A DNA stretch of 28,499 nucleotides from a virus (Duplodnaviria > Caudoviricetes), in the IMG/VR virus record IMGVR_UViG_3300048796_000126, positions 1 to 28,499 of that record. One strand, written 5' to 3'. The translations under genes and the position numbers were made by a program. How positions within the stretch are numbered: position 1 is the first letter of the stretch; each line of letters starts with the position of its first letter. Positions 19,333 to 26,897 of the stretch are shown in pieces. The notes beneath the pieces were generated by a model that was given only the letters and a program-made list of their open reading frames with translations, did no database searches and was not told the DNA's origin.

Positions 19333-20961
19333 ATGCAACCAAAATATGAGCTAGTTCAACCGGCAACACAAAAGCATATTTACACTAGTGCTGGTATTAT
19401 TTATTGTGATGTATACAGAATTAAAGCATTACAAGATTTTGGACAAATAAAAATTGGGGATATCGGTGGATATGTTGAATCAGAGAAAAATTTATCTCAA
19501 GTAGGAACTTGTTGGATAGATTTTGATTCTATTGTAGTAGAACATGCCATCATTGGAGAATCTGCTTTTATTAAAAACAGTTTAATTTATGAATTAGCTT
19601 ATGTTGGTGGTGCATCATTTATAGAAGACTCTATTATTTTTGGATGTTCTACTATTCATAGTTCTGATGTTACAGATTCTGAAATTTTTGATAATGCAGA
19701 TGTTTGTTTAGCAGATATTGCTCATTCTAAAATTTATGGAAATGCAGATATCAATACGTTTACTTATAATGCCCCATGTACATTTATTAGAAATTCACAT
19801 ATTTATGATAATGTAAGTTTATCAAAAGATTTAAATATTGATGGGTTAATCATAAATGAAAATGTATCTCTTATAGGACCACAAACGTTAAATATACATA
19901 ATGTAACAGGTGGGATTATTGGTGATAGTATTATGCAGTCTATTGTGGTTATTTGGCCTTTTCCAGCATCCATTAAAAATCCAAAATATAAATTAACAAC
20001 CATTAGCAAAAATATAAATTTCAGTGTAGTTTATCAAATTGAAGCATTGAGAAATTTCAGTGATGTAAAAGCTGGAGATTTAGGTGGATGGATCGAAAGT
20101 GACCACAACTTATCCCATGAAGATGATTGTTGGGTATATGATAATTCTGTGGTATATGACCAAGCTCAAGTTTTAAATGATGCTAAAATTAAAAATAATT
20201 CTGAAATTTCTGAACGAGCAATTGTTAAAGGAAATTGTATCATTGATAATTATTTGGTATATGGAAAAGCTTTTATTAATGGAGATAAAACATTATTAAC
20301 TATTTCTGGAAATCCACATTCTCTTGATAATGCGATTTTTGGTAAAGCTAATATTACTGGTAATACTAATCTTATTGATACTAGTGTACAAGATAGAGCT
20401 TGTATTAATATTTATCATTGTATATTATCTAAATGTACATTATATGGCTATGCTACTATAGATGGAAATGTAACTTTAACAGGCTGTAGTGTGGGTGACT
20501 ATGTTTATATTACTTTGCCATCACCTCTTGTCCAACCCGGACATTTTAATGCTGAAAATTGTATGTTTGTTGGTATTTTAAATTTGGTTAAACCGATACA
20601 AATTTTAGGATCAAATAAATCCAATCCTATAGTGGTTGATCAAGAATATATTGATATTAATTTTACTAATAATGGAAATAATCAGACCCAAAGTAGTACG
20701 GTTTCTGCCACTTGGTCTAAAGGATTAAACAACATTGAAATTGAATATAGTAATTCAAATGTTGTTTGGGAGTTTGAAATTCCAGAAAATACTACTTACT
20801 TTGAATACTTAAATTTGGTGATTAATAAATTACTTTCTGAAAATATTAAAATTGATACTAAAGGAAGTGAATATCATTTTACATATAATGGAAAAGATCA
20901 TATACTTACTAATACAACTTTCCAAGATAACCTAGACACGTTGAAATATATTAAAATATGA
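19333..20961 (+). CDS. Beta-helix (LbH-like) repeat protein, paralog 1
   Basis: Two copies of IxALxxF...GDxGGxxES..NLS....CW, each followed by short hexapeptide-like repeats. Confidence 0.8.
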   Translation: MQPKYELVQPATQKHIYTSAGIIYCDVYRIKALQDFGQIKIGDIGGYVESEKNLSQVGTCWIDFDSIVVEHAIIGESAFIKNSLIYELAYVGGASFIEDSIIFGCSTIHSSDVTDSEIFDNADVCLADIAHSKIYGNADINTFTYNAPCTFIRNSHIYDNVSLSKDLNIDGLIINENVSLIGPQTLNIHNVTGGIIGDSIMQSIVVIWPFPASIKNPKYKLTTISKNINFSVVYQIEALRNFSDVKAGDLGGWIESDHNLSHEDDCWVYDNSVVYDQAQVLNDAKIKNNSEISERAIVKGNCIIDNYLVYGKAFINGDKTLLTISGNPHSLDNAIFGKANITGNTNLIDTSVQDRACINIYHCILSKCTLYGYATIDGNVTLTGCSVGDYVYITLPSPLVQPGHFNAENCMFVGILNLVKPIQILGSNKSNPIVVDQEYIDINFTNNGNNQTQSSTVSATWSKGLNNIEIEYSNSNVVWEFEIPENTTYFEYLNLVINKLLSENIKIDTKGSEYHFTYNGKDHILTNTTFQDNLDTLKYIKI

Positions 20962-22457
20962 AAAAATATGAATTAGTAAACCCTACAACAAAGATAATCG
21001 ATGGACTCTCTTATGATTTATTTCAGATTAAAGCATTAAAAAATTTTACTATTTCTTGGTATAATACTGATATTTTGGCTGGTGATTTAGGAGGATTTGT
21101 ACAATCAGAAAATAATTTATCACAAGAAGGAAGTTGCTGGTTGTTTAATGATTCTGTAGTCATTAATAATGCAAAAGTTTTAAATGAATCTGTAGTTAAA
21201 AATTCTACAATTTATAATGATGCTACAATAAAAGGAAGTTCCAATATTAATACTAGTGTTATTTATTTATGTAGTGAAGTAAATAATTCCGCTATCTACG
21301 ATTCCACTATATATGATAATTCAACTGTTGAAGATTCTTTTGTTAAAAAATCCTCTGTTTATGAAAATTCATTTATATGTAAATGTAAAATAGATTTCAG
21401 TGCGATATCTGGATGCGTGTGTCTTAACAATATAAAACTTAACGATATGAAAATGTTTGGGAATTATGATCTTGATGCCAAAATGTTTAATGGATCACCA
21501 ACTTTATCTAATCATACTTTAGGTGATATTGAATTTGCTAAAGTATTCATAAAAAATAGTAATCCTAACCCTACCAAATATCATTTGGTAAATGGAACTA
21601 TTTTTCATAATTCGAATGGCGCTAATCCCGTTTTTCAAATTCAAGCATTAAAAGATTTTGACAATATTAAAGCTGGAGATTTAGGTGGTTTTATTTCCGG
21701 CTATCATAATCTTTCTCAATTTGGAAATTGTTGGGTAGCTGTAAATAGCTATGTATTAGATAATGCTAAAGTATTGGGAAACTCTAAAATTGTAAATAGT
21801 ATCATAATGGAAAAGGCTAATGTTGATGGATATGACACAATAATAGAAGGTTCTACCATTTCTGGTTGTGCTCTGGTAGGATCATCAAATTTTAATAGCA
21901 TGGGAGTGCATATTGAATGTTCACAAATTTCTGGAAAATCTGACATTTCTGGATATGTAAAAATCATCGATTGTAATATTGGGAATAAAAGTCTTATAAT
22001 CACTAGAAATCCCCTTAACCTTGCAAATTCTAAAATAAATATTATTGAAAGTTGTATTATGTCTGATTTAAGTAATATTATATTAGGTGAAAAAGATAGC
22101 GAAATTAAATATTGTAAATTTTATAATAGAAGTTTTATTAATGGTAGTACAGTATTATTAAATAGTATGACTTATTTATTTAATGATATCGTGACCGTTA
22201 ATCCAACCACTATTATTGTTTATAATATGGAAGCATCTGATGAAGAATTAAAAATTAAAGAATTTGTTATTCCAAAAAATACAACATATCTAGAATATTT
22301 AAATTTGATAATTAATAAATTAATATCTCTTGGTATAAACATTTCTATTATTGGTAGTAACTATAATTTTACATATCAACAAAATTCCTACTCTCTTACC
22401 AATTCTACATACGAAGATAATTTGGGTTCTTTATCTATCCTCCAAACTATATTCTAA
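20958..22457 (+). CDS. Beta-helix (LbH-like) repeat protein, paralog 2
   Basis: Same two-module architecture and a shared C-terminal domain (EFxIPxNTTYxEYLNL). Confidence 0.8.
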   Translation: MKKYELVNPTTKIIDGLSYDLFQIKALKNFTISWYNTDILAGDLGGFVQSENNLSQEGSCWLFNDSVVINNAKVLNESVVKNSTIYNDATIKGSSNINTSVIYLCSEVNNSAIYDSTIYDNSTVEDSFVKKSSVYENSFICKCKIDFSAISGCVCLNNIKLNDMKMFGNYDLDAKMFNGSPTLSNHTLGDIEFAKVFIKNSNPNPTKYHLVNGTIFHNSNGANPVFQIQALKDFDNIKAGDLGGFISGYHNLSQFGNCWVAVNSYVLDNAKVLGNSKIVNSIIMEKANVDGYDTIIEGSTISGCALVGSSNFNSMGVHIECSQISGKSDISGYVKIIDCNIGNKSLIITRNPLNLANSKINIIESCIMSDLSNIILGEKDSEIKYCKFYNRSFINGSTVLLNSMTYLFNDIVTVNPTTIIVYNMEASDEELKIKEFVIPKNTTYLEYLNLIINKLISLGINISIIGSNYNFTYQQNSYSLTNSTYEDNLGSLSILQTIF

Positions 22458-22495
22458 AAGTAGTTTTCTAAAATCAATATTTATCATATAATTAC

Positions 22496-22927
22496 ATGTC
22501 AGCCGAAATTTTAGAATTCAAAAGAAAGAAAAAAGAAAGTAAGCCAAAGCCAGATATCACCTTACTATCCAATCAGGAATTACACACTAATATTTTAACT
22601 GATGTACTTTTAGATTGGCAACAAGCTGCTGTTAAAAATAAACTTAATGACTATGTACTTTCCATACTTCCTAAAGCTATTAAAAATTCAAAGTATGACT
22701 ACATCAATTGTCTAAACACAATTTCAGAAGTAGAAGAGCACCTCAAAATTTTAGTATTCTCTTGTTCACCAGAATATTTAACAAATATTGGATGGCAAGC
22801 AGGATTTAAATATAACAAAGAAGTTTTTGTTACCCCACCTGACTTGAGCACAGAAGCTCATGCTAGGGCATTAAATGTAGTACTGTTTTTAAAATTTGAT
22901 TTAACCATGAAAACCCTTAACAAATAA
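22496..22927 (+). CDS. Hypothetical protein
   Basis: Packed ORF. Confidence 0.7.
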   Translation: MSAEILEFKRKKKESKPKPDITLLSNQELHTNILTDVLLDWQQAAVKNKLNDYVLSILPKAIKNSKYDYINCLNTISEVEEHLKILVFSCSPEYLTNIGWQAGFKYNKEVFVTPPDLSTEAHARALNVVLFLKFDLTMKTLNK

Positions 22928-22936
22928 GAGAATAAG

Positions 22937-23194
22937 ATGACAACTAATAATAGCAATACCGTATCCTTGTATGTAGTAAAAAATTCAAATGGAAAATATT
23001 TTGCTGGATTTGATTCACAAAAGAGTCAAACCAATTTTGCTGATAATCCAATCCATGCTAAGAAATTTACGAATAAAAATGATATTAAACTTAGACCAGA
23101 AGAACAGGTTGTAGAATTGACTGTGACTCTGACAGCAGATAATGTAGTAGTGTCTGAGCCATTTAGACCACATCGCAAATTTCCTCAAAAATAA
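22937..23194 (+). CDS. Hypothetical protein
   Basis: Packed ORF; YVVKNSNGKYF. Confidence 0.7.
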   Translation: MTTNNSNTVSLYVVKNSNGKYFAGFDSQKSQTNFADNPIHAKKFTNKNDIKLRPEEQVVELTVTLTADNVVVSEPFRPHRKFPQK

Positions 23195-23205
23195 TTAAAA
23201 AGATA

Positions 23206-23261
23206 TTGCAATCCCTTAAAAGTTAGAGTATAATTTACTTATTCAAAACTTTTAAGGGATT
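23206..23261 (+). promoter_or_regulatory. Sigma70-like promoter inside a perfect 15-bp inverted repeat
   Basis: TTGCAA 23206-23211, 17 nt spacer, TATAAT 23229-23234. Arms are AATCCCTTAAAAGTT 23210-23224 and AACTTTTAAGGGATT 23247-23261. Confidence 0.8.
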
Positions 23262-23267
23262 TTTATC

Positions 23268-23369
23268 ATGGCTAATTTGATTAAATGGGTAGTTCAACCA
23301 AAAGAAGAATATTATCATCGCGGTTGGCCAATTGCTTATTATATTATAGATAAAAACTGTAAATTCTAA
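23268..23369 (+). pseudogene. Probably truncated gene (33 codons) left of tnpB
   Basis: Strong promoter and SD, MANLIKWVVQPKEEYYHRGWPIAYY..., ending just before tnpB. Confidence 0.5.
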
Positions 23370-24492
23370 AATTATAGATAAAACATTAATTAATACATGA
23401 TAATAACTAAAAAGTTCCGATTAAAAGACAAACATGCTTCGCATTTAAATTCGATGGCACGTGAGGTCAATTATATCTGGAATTTTGCTAATGAAACAAG
23501 AGCTAAAGCAGCTAGTCCTCAGTATGTTGGGAAACGAAAATTTCTTAGTGGGTTTGATTTGATTAATCTTACTTCTGGATATGTTAAAGAATATGATAGT
23601 AAATTAAATGCACAAAGTGTACAAGCTATTTGTGAAGAAGTAGCACTTCGTGGAAAGCAATTTAAAAAGACAAAATTGAAATGGAGAACCAACAATCCTA
23701 AGTCATCTAAGAAGTCACTTGGTTGGATTCCATTTAAAAGCAGTGCGATTAAATTTGTTAATGGACAAATCCGATATAATGGTCATTTCTTTAATTTTTG
23801 GGATTCGTATGATTTACCCAAAGATACAAAAATATTATGTGGGTCATTCAATCAAGATGCAAGAGGTAGGTGGTATATTAATCTTGTTATTGACGAACCT
23901 ATAAAACAATCTTCTGGAACTGGGTCTATTGCATTGGATTTCGGTGTAAAAGATATTGCTGGATTAAGTGATGGAACAATAATTGAAGCACAGATGTTTT
24001 ATAAGAAATCAGAAGAAAAGCTTGCTAAATCACAACGTGCTAGAACCAAGAAAAAAACAAGAAGTATCCATGCTAAAATAGCAAATCAACGCAAGGATTA
24101 TTTACATAAATTTAGTAGTAAATTAATAGCTGAAAACGCAGCTATATTTGTTGGAAATGTCAGTCTTAACTTCCTTTTATCAGGAAACTCTGGTAAGAAA
24201 ACCAGAGACCACGGAATAGGAATGTTTAAAGATATGCTCAAGTACAAAAGCCATCAGGCAGGAGTCATATACGAAGTGATTGATGAAAAGTATTCAACCC
24301 AAACCTGCTCGTGCTGTGGGGTAATACCCATAAGTAGTCCGAAAGGTAGTGCAGGACTTTGGATAAGAGAATGGACTTGTTGTGAATGCAACACAACGCA
24401 TGACAGAGATGTTAATGCGGCAAAAGTCATTCTTGCGCGAGGACATTCGCGTCTGAGAGGAATCTCCTGCAAGCAAGGGGAGTAGATGTCAA
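23340..24492 (+). mobile_element. Non-autonomous IS200/IS605-family element (tnpB only)
   Basis: Right end GGAATCTCC...GGGGAGTAGATGTCAA ends in TCAA at 24489-24492; no tnpA; left boundary approximate. Confidence 0.7.
23397..24485 (+). CDS. tnpB: TnpB RNA-guided endonuclease
   Basis: N-terminal KFRL...NYIWN, RuvC-I ALDFG, zinc finger TCSCC...CCEC, RuvC-III HDRDVNAA. Confidence 0.93.
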   Translation: MIITKKFRLKDKHASHLNSMAREVNYIWNFANETRAKAASPQYVGKRKFLSGFDLINLTSGYVKEYDSKLNAQSVQAICEEVALRGKQFKKTKLKWRTNNPKSSKKSLGWIPFKSSAIKFVNGQIRYNGHFFNFWDSYDLPKDTKILCGSFNQDARGRWYINLVIDEPIKQSSGTGSIALDFGVKDIAGLSDGTIIEAQMFYKKSEEKLAKSQRARTKKKTRSIHAKIANQRKDYLHKFSSKLIAENAAIFVGNVSLNFLLSGNSGKKTRDHGIGMFKDMLKYKSHQAGVIYEVIDEKYSTQTCSCCGVIPISSPKGSAGLWIREWTCCECNTTHDRDVNAAKVILARGHSRLRGISCKQGE

Positions 24493-24512
24493 AAGCAAAT
24501 TTAACAAGTGAT
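24300..24512 (+). ncRNA. Predicted omegaRNA (reRNA) overlapping the tnpB 3' end; guide starts at about 24493
   Basis: Inferred from established TnpB architecture and the visible right-end hairpin plus TCAA. The 5' boundary is a guess. Confidence 0.5.
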
Positions 24513-24729
24513 TGAAGCTGTCAGGGATAATTTTGAGAATGGACAACGTAAACAGATTGATGTAATGTGTCAATATAAACAATCTTTGGGTTCATTTTGG
24601 CAGGGACAATTTATGCGACTTGCTGGATATCCAAAAATCAATTTTGCAGACTTTGCTATTGTTTCTACTGATAGGGCAGATGATGCTTTTAAAAATCATA
24701 AAGAAGATGGAATAATTAAACTTCGTTAA
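24493..24729 (+). pseudogene. 3' fragment of a phage gene right of the element
   Basis: Frame reads KQI*QVIEAVRDNFEN...LAGYPKI... from the junction; the GTG at 24508 has no SD. Confidence 0.6.
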
Positions 24730-24756
24730 GATAATTATTTCATTGCTAATGTAAAT

Positions 24757-24778
24757 AAAGGGGAACTTATTCCCCTTT
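24757..24778. terminator. Bidirectional intrinsic terminator
   Basis: AAAGGGGAA-CTTA-TTCCCCTTT between convergent genes, A/T-rich on both sides. Confidence 0.8.
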
Positions 24779-24782
24779 TATT

Positions 24783-25082
24783 TTATGAATGTTGCTTGAT
24801 CCAATCTAATTCTGCTTGTTTAGCATTGCCTAAATTGTTTTTATCTGGTTTGCTACCAGCTATTCTAGGAGGGACAGGGAATCTTTGACCACCAGCTTCT
24901 GCCTTTGCTTTAGCTGCTGCCCATTGTGCATCTTTTGTAGTTTTTAACTTATCTTTAGCTTGTTGTAATTTATCTTTGACATCATCTTTTTTACTTCCAA
25001 AGACACCAAATATTTCATCCAATTGTTCTTCGGATAATTGATCAGATACATAAGAATTGAACTGCTTAAATGAAATGCCCAT
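24783..25082 (-). CDS. Small Lys/Ala-rich protein, possible capsid-internal protein
   Basis: TATAAATA (25113-25120, minus strand) upstream; N-terminus SFKQF...LSEEQLDE. Confidence 0.75.
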   Translation of the reverse strand: MGISFKQFNSYVSDQLSEEQLDEIFGVFGSKKDDVKDKLQQAKDKLKTTKDAQWAAAKAKAEAGGQRFPVPPRIAGSKPDKNNLGNAKQAELDWIKQHS

Positions 25083-25160
25083 TTTTAATCCGTTAGAGTT
25101 TAATATACATATTATTTATATTACTTTTTCAAATTTCCATAAATATTAAGGAGTTTACCA

Positions 25161-25370
25161 ATGCAAACAGATATTCCATACCAAAATATTGAAATTATTA
25201 CTGTTTCGGCATCAGATTTTAATATAAATCATACTAAAAAGTCTGTTGTTGTTAAAGGTAGGCTAATTGAGAGCCTTGAATCTTTTGATGATCATCATTT
25301 CAAGGGTATTGAAAATCTACTTACGGAATGTGGCTGGAATAAAATAACAGTTCATATAAAAATAAATTAA
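25161..25370 (+). CDS. Hypothetical protein (possibly the 5' half of a frameshifted gene)
   Basis: AAGGAG SD and CATAAATA upstream. Confidence 0.6.
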   Translation: MQTDIPYQNIEIITVSASDFNINHTKKSVVVKGRLIESLESFDDHHFKGIENLLTECGWNKITVHIKIN

Positions 25371-25443
25371 TATCGACAAAAAATATGATGTATTATTTGA
25401 CAGTGAATTAAATATTCTTTGGTATGGCTTTACCAAATTAGAT

Positions 25444-25674
25444 ATGACTGCTATAGAAGAATTAAGTATTATCTTTGAATTTACTGATGTTGTAGTCAGA
25501 CCATTATTGTTATCCGGTGGGATATATAATAAATTGAAAACTTGTTTTTCCATCACAGAATCGGGAGATATATTAATAGTTCCAGAAGGGTTTAGTAACC
25601 ATAGTGCAGCAATTTTAGCATTGTGGTATCCAACAGCAAATGAATTTACCAATACTATTTTTGATATGGCTTAA
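25444..25674 (+). CDS. Hypothetical protein (possibly the 3' half of a frameshifted gene)
   Basis: Frame is open from 25366; the ATG at 25444 has no SD. Confidence 0.5.
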   Translation: MTAIEELSIIFEFTDVVVRPLLLSGGIYNKLKTCFSITESGDILIVPEGFSNHSAAILALWYPTANEFTNTIFDMA

Positions 25675-25676
25675 AA

Positions 25677-26255
25677 ATGAACATGACATTAGCACAGAAA
25701 CAAGCAATGCAAACTTTTTTACAAGCAGGACATTTCATATTTGAAGTAGCCTATAATCCAACTACAACTACTGATTCTCCTAACCCGGAAACTGAAGCTA
25801 TTGATAATGGATATATTTTGTATATTGATCCTGTTACTAGTGCATCCATGAGACAAGTATCTGCTGAATTGATTGAAAATTTATATTACTTGGTAGCACC
25901 AGATGGAACAAATGTTGGGAATAGTCAATTTAATGGATTTCCTCCAAGTGCACCTCCACAATTACCAACTACCCCGGATGGATCAACAGGTCCTGCTGCT
26001 ATTGGTTCACCAAATTATCAAGGGCTACCACCATCATATCCACCACAATTACCAACTACCCCGGATGGATCAACAGGTCCTGCTGCTATTGGTTCACCAA
26101 ATTATCAAGGTCTGCCTCCCTCATATCCACCACAATTACCAGTTGCAACTGATGGATCAAGTGGTCCAGCATCTATTGGCACAGATACTTACACAGGATT
26201 TCCACAAAGTTATCCTGCCTCAATACCGGGAACTGGTACAGATAATTCCCCATAA
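25677..26255 (+). CDS. Pro/Gly/Thr-rich repeat protein
   Basis: 29-aa repeat PPQLPTTPDGSTGPAAIGSPNYQGLPPSY. Confidence 0.8.
   Translation: MNMTLAQKQAMQTFLQAGHFIFEVAYNPTTTTDSPNPETEAIDNGYILYIDPVTSASMRQVSAELIENLYYLVAPDGTNVGNSQFNGFPPSAPPQLPTTPDGSTGPAAIGSPNYQGLPPSYPPQLPTTPDGSTGPAAIGSPNYQGLPPSYPPQLPVATDGSSGPASIGTDTYTGFPQSYPASIPGTGTDNSP
25953..26213 (+). repeat. 87-bp in-frame tandem repeat, 3 copies
   Basis: Units start at 25953, 26040 and 26127; the first two are nearly identical and the third is diverged. Confidence 0.9.
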
Positions 26256-26308
26256 AATATATTTTGTAAGAAGTTTTAGTTTTTAGATTTTTAGTATATA
26301 ATTTTAAG

Positions 26309-26599
26309 TAGTAAGAACAGCGTAAAGTTAAATTGAGAAAAGTTGGAATGGACTCCGGGGCAGTGCCGGACATCTCCAAATATATATTAAAAATAGTATA
26401 TATTTGGAGGGGGTGAAACAGAATCGACATACAAAAGAGTAACTTTTTGATCGCTAGTCAGGCGAATGACTTTAATATAGCAAAAACCTTAAATGCAAAT
26501 GATACATTCGCATATGCTCTTGCTGCTTAATCTTAGGATTAAGTAACTAAATAGAGCGGAGTTTTCGGTGGATTTTCTTAGCAACAGGATAAACCCACC
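26309..26599 (+). ncRNA. ssrA: Circularly permuted (two-piece) tmRNA
   Basis: The 3' tRNA-like half comes first: GAC, T-stem TCCGG/CCGGA, loop GGCAGTG, CATCTCC-A at 26371-26378. After a 30-nt spacer comes the 5' half GGGGGTGAAACAGAATCGAC from 26409, giving a G3:U pair. The tag ORF 26495-26530 is ANDTFAYALAA*. TATAAT at 26297-26302; outer ends approximate. Confidence 0.92.
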
Positions 26600-26630
26600 A
26601 CCTATTCATGATGAAACAGGAGAAGATGAT

Positions 26631-26858
26631 ATGCAGAAACTTTCAAACTTTGCTACTAATTTACTTGTAATATTCTATAATTTTTCTGATCAATTTGGAA
26701 AAGTGGATATGCAGACAGTAACTAAATATCTCAAAGAGAAACATAATATTTCTATTCCACTATCTCCTGTTACTATAACACAAGACCATATTGATTATTT
26801 AGTTTCTATCAATAAGTTACCAGATGTGAAAAATTTTCTATTAGAAATACATAAATAA
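26631..26858 (+). CDS. Hypothetical protein
   Basis: AGGAG SD before ATG 26631; the listed start at 26568 lies inside the tmRNA. Confidence 0.6.
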   Translation: MQKLSNFATNLLVIFYNFSDQFGKVDMQTVTKYLKEKHNISIPLSPVTITQDHIDYLVSINKLPDVKNFLLEIHK

Positions 26859-26897
26859 AAGTAGTACTTATCATACCATAACATCTGGATAAATATC

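Noticed and set aside
25953-26213. Repeats as a CRISPR array or DGR template/variable pair
   Set aside because: In-frame 87-bp coding tandem repeats with no spacers, no adenine-specific differences, and no cas or reverse transcriptase genes.
1185-26286. Many short antisense or alternative-frame ORFs in the track (e.g. 1185-1391, 6511-6735, 10127-10384, 17379-17657, 24254-24472, 25903-26286)
   Set aside because: Nested within well-supported genes, with no SD and no recognisable motifs.
26351-26378. tRNA gene
   Set aside because: Only a T-arm and acceptor 3' strand with no anticodon arm; explained by the permuted tmRNA.
26173-26430. Minus-strand 85-aa ORF
   Set aside because: Antisense shadow of the tmRNA and the repeat gene.
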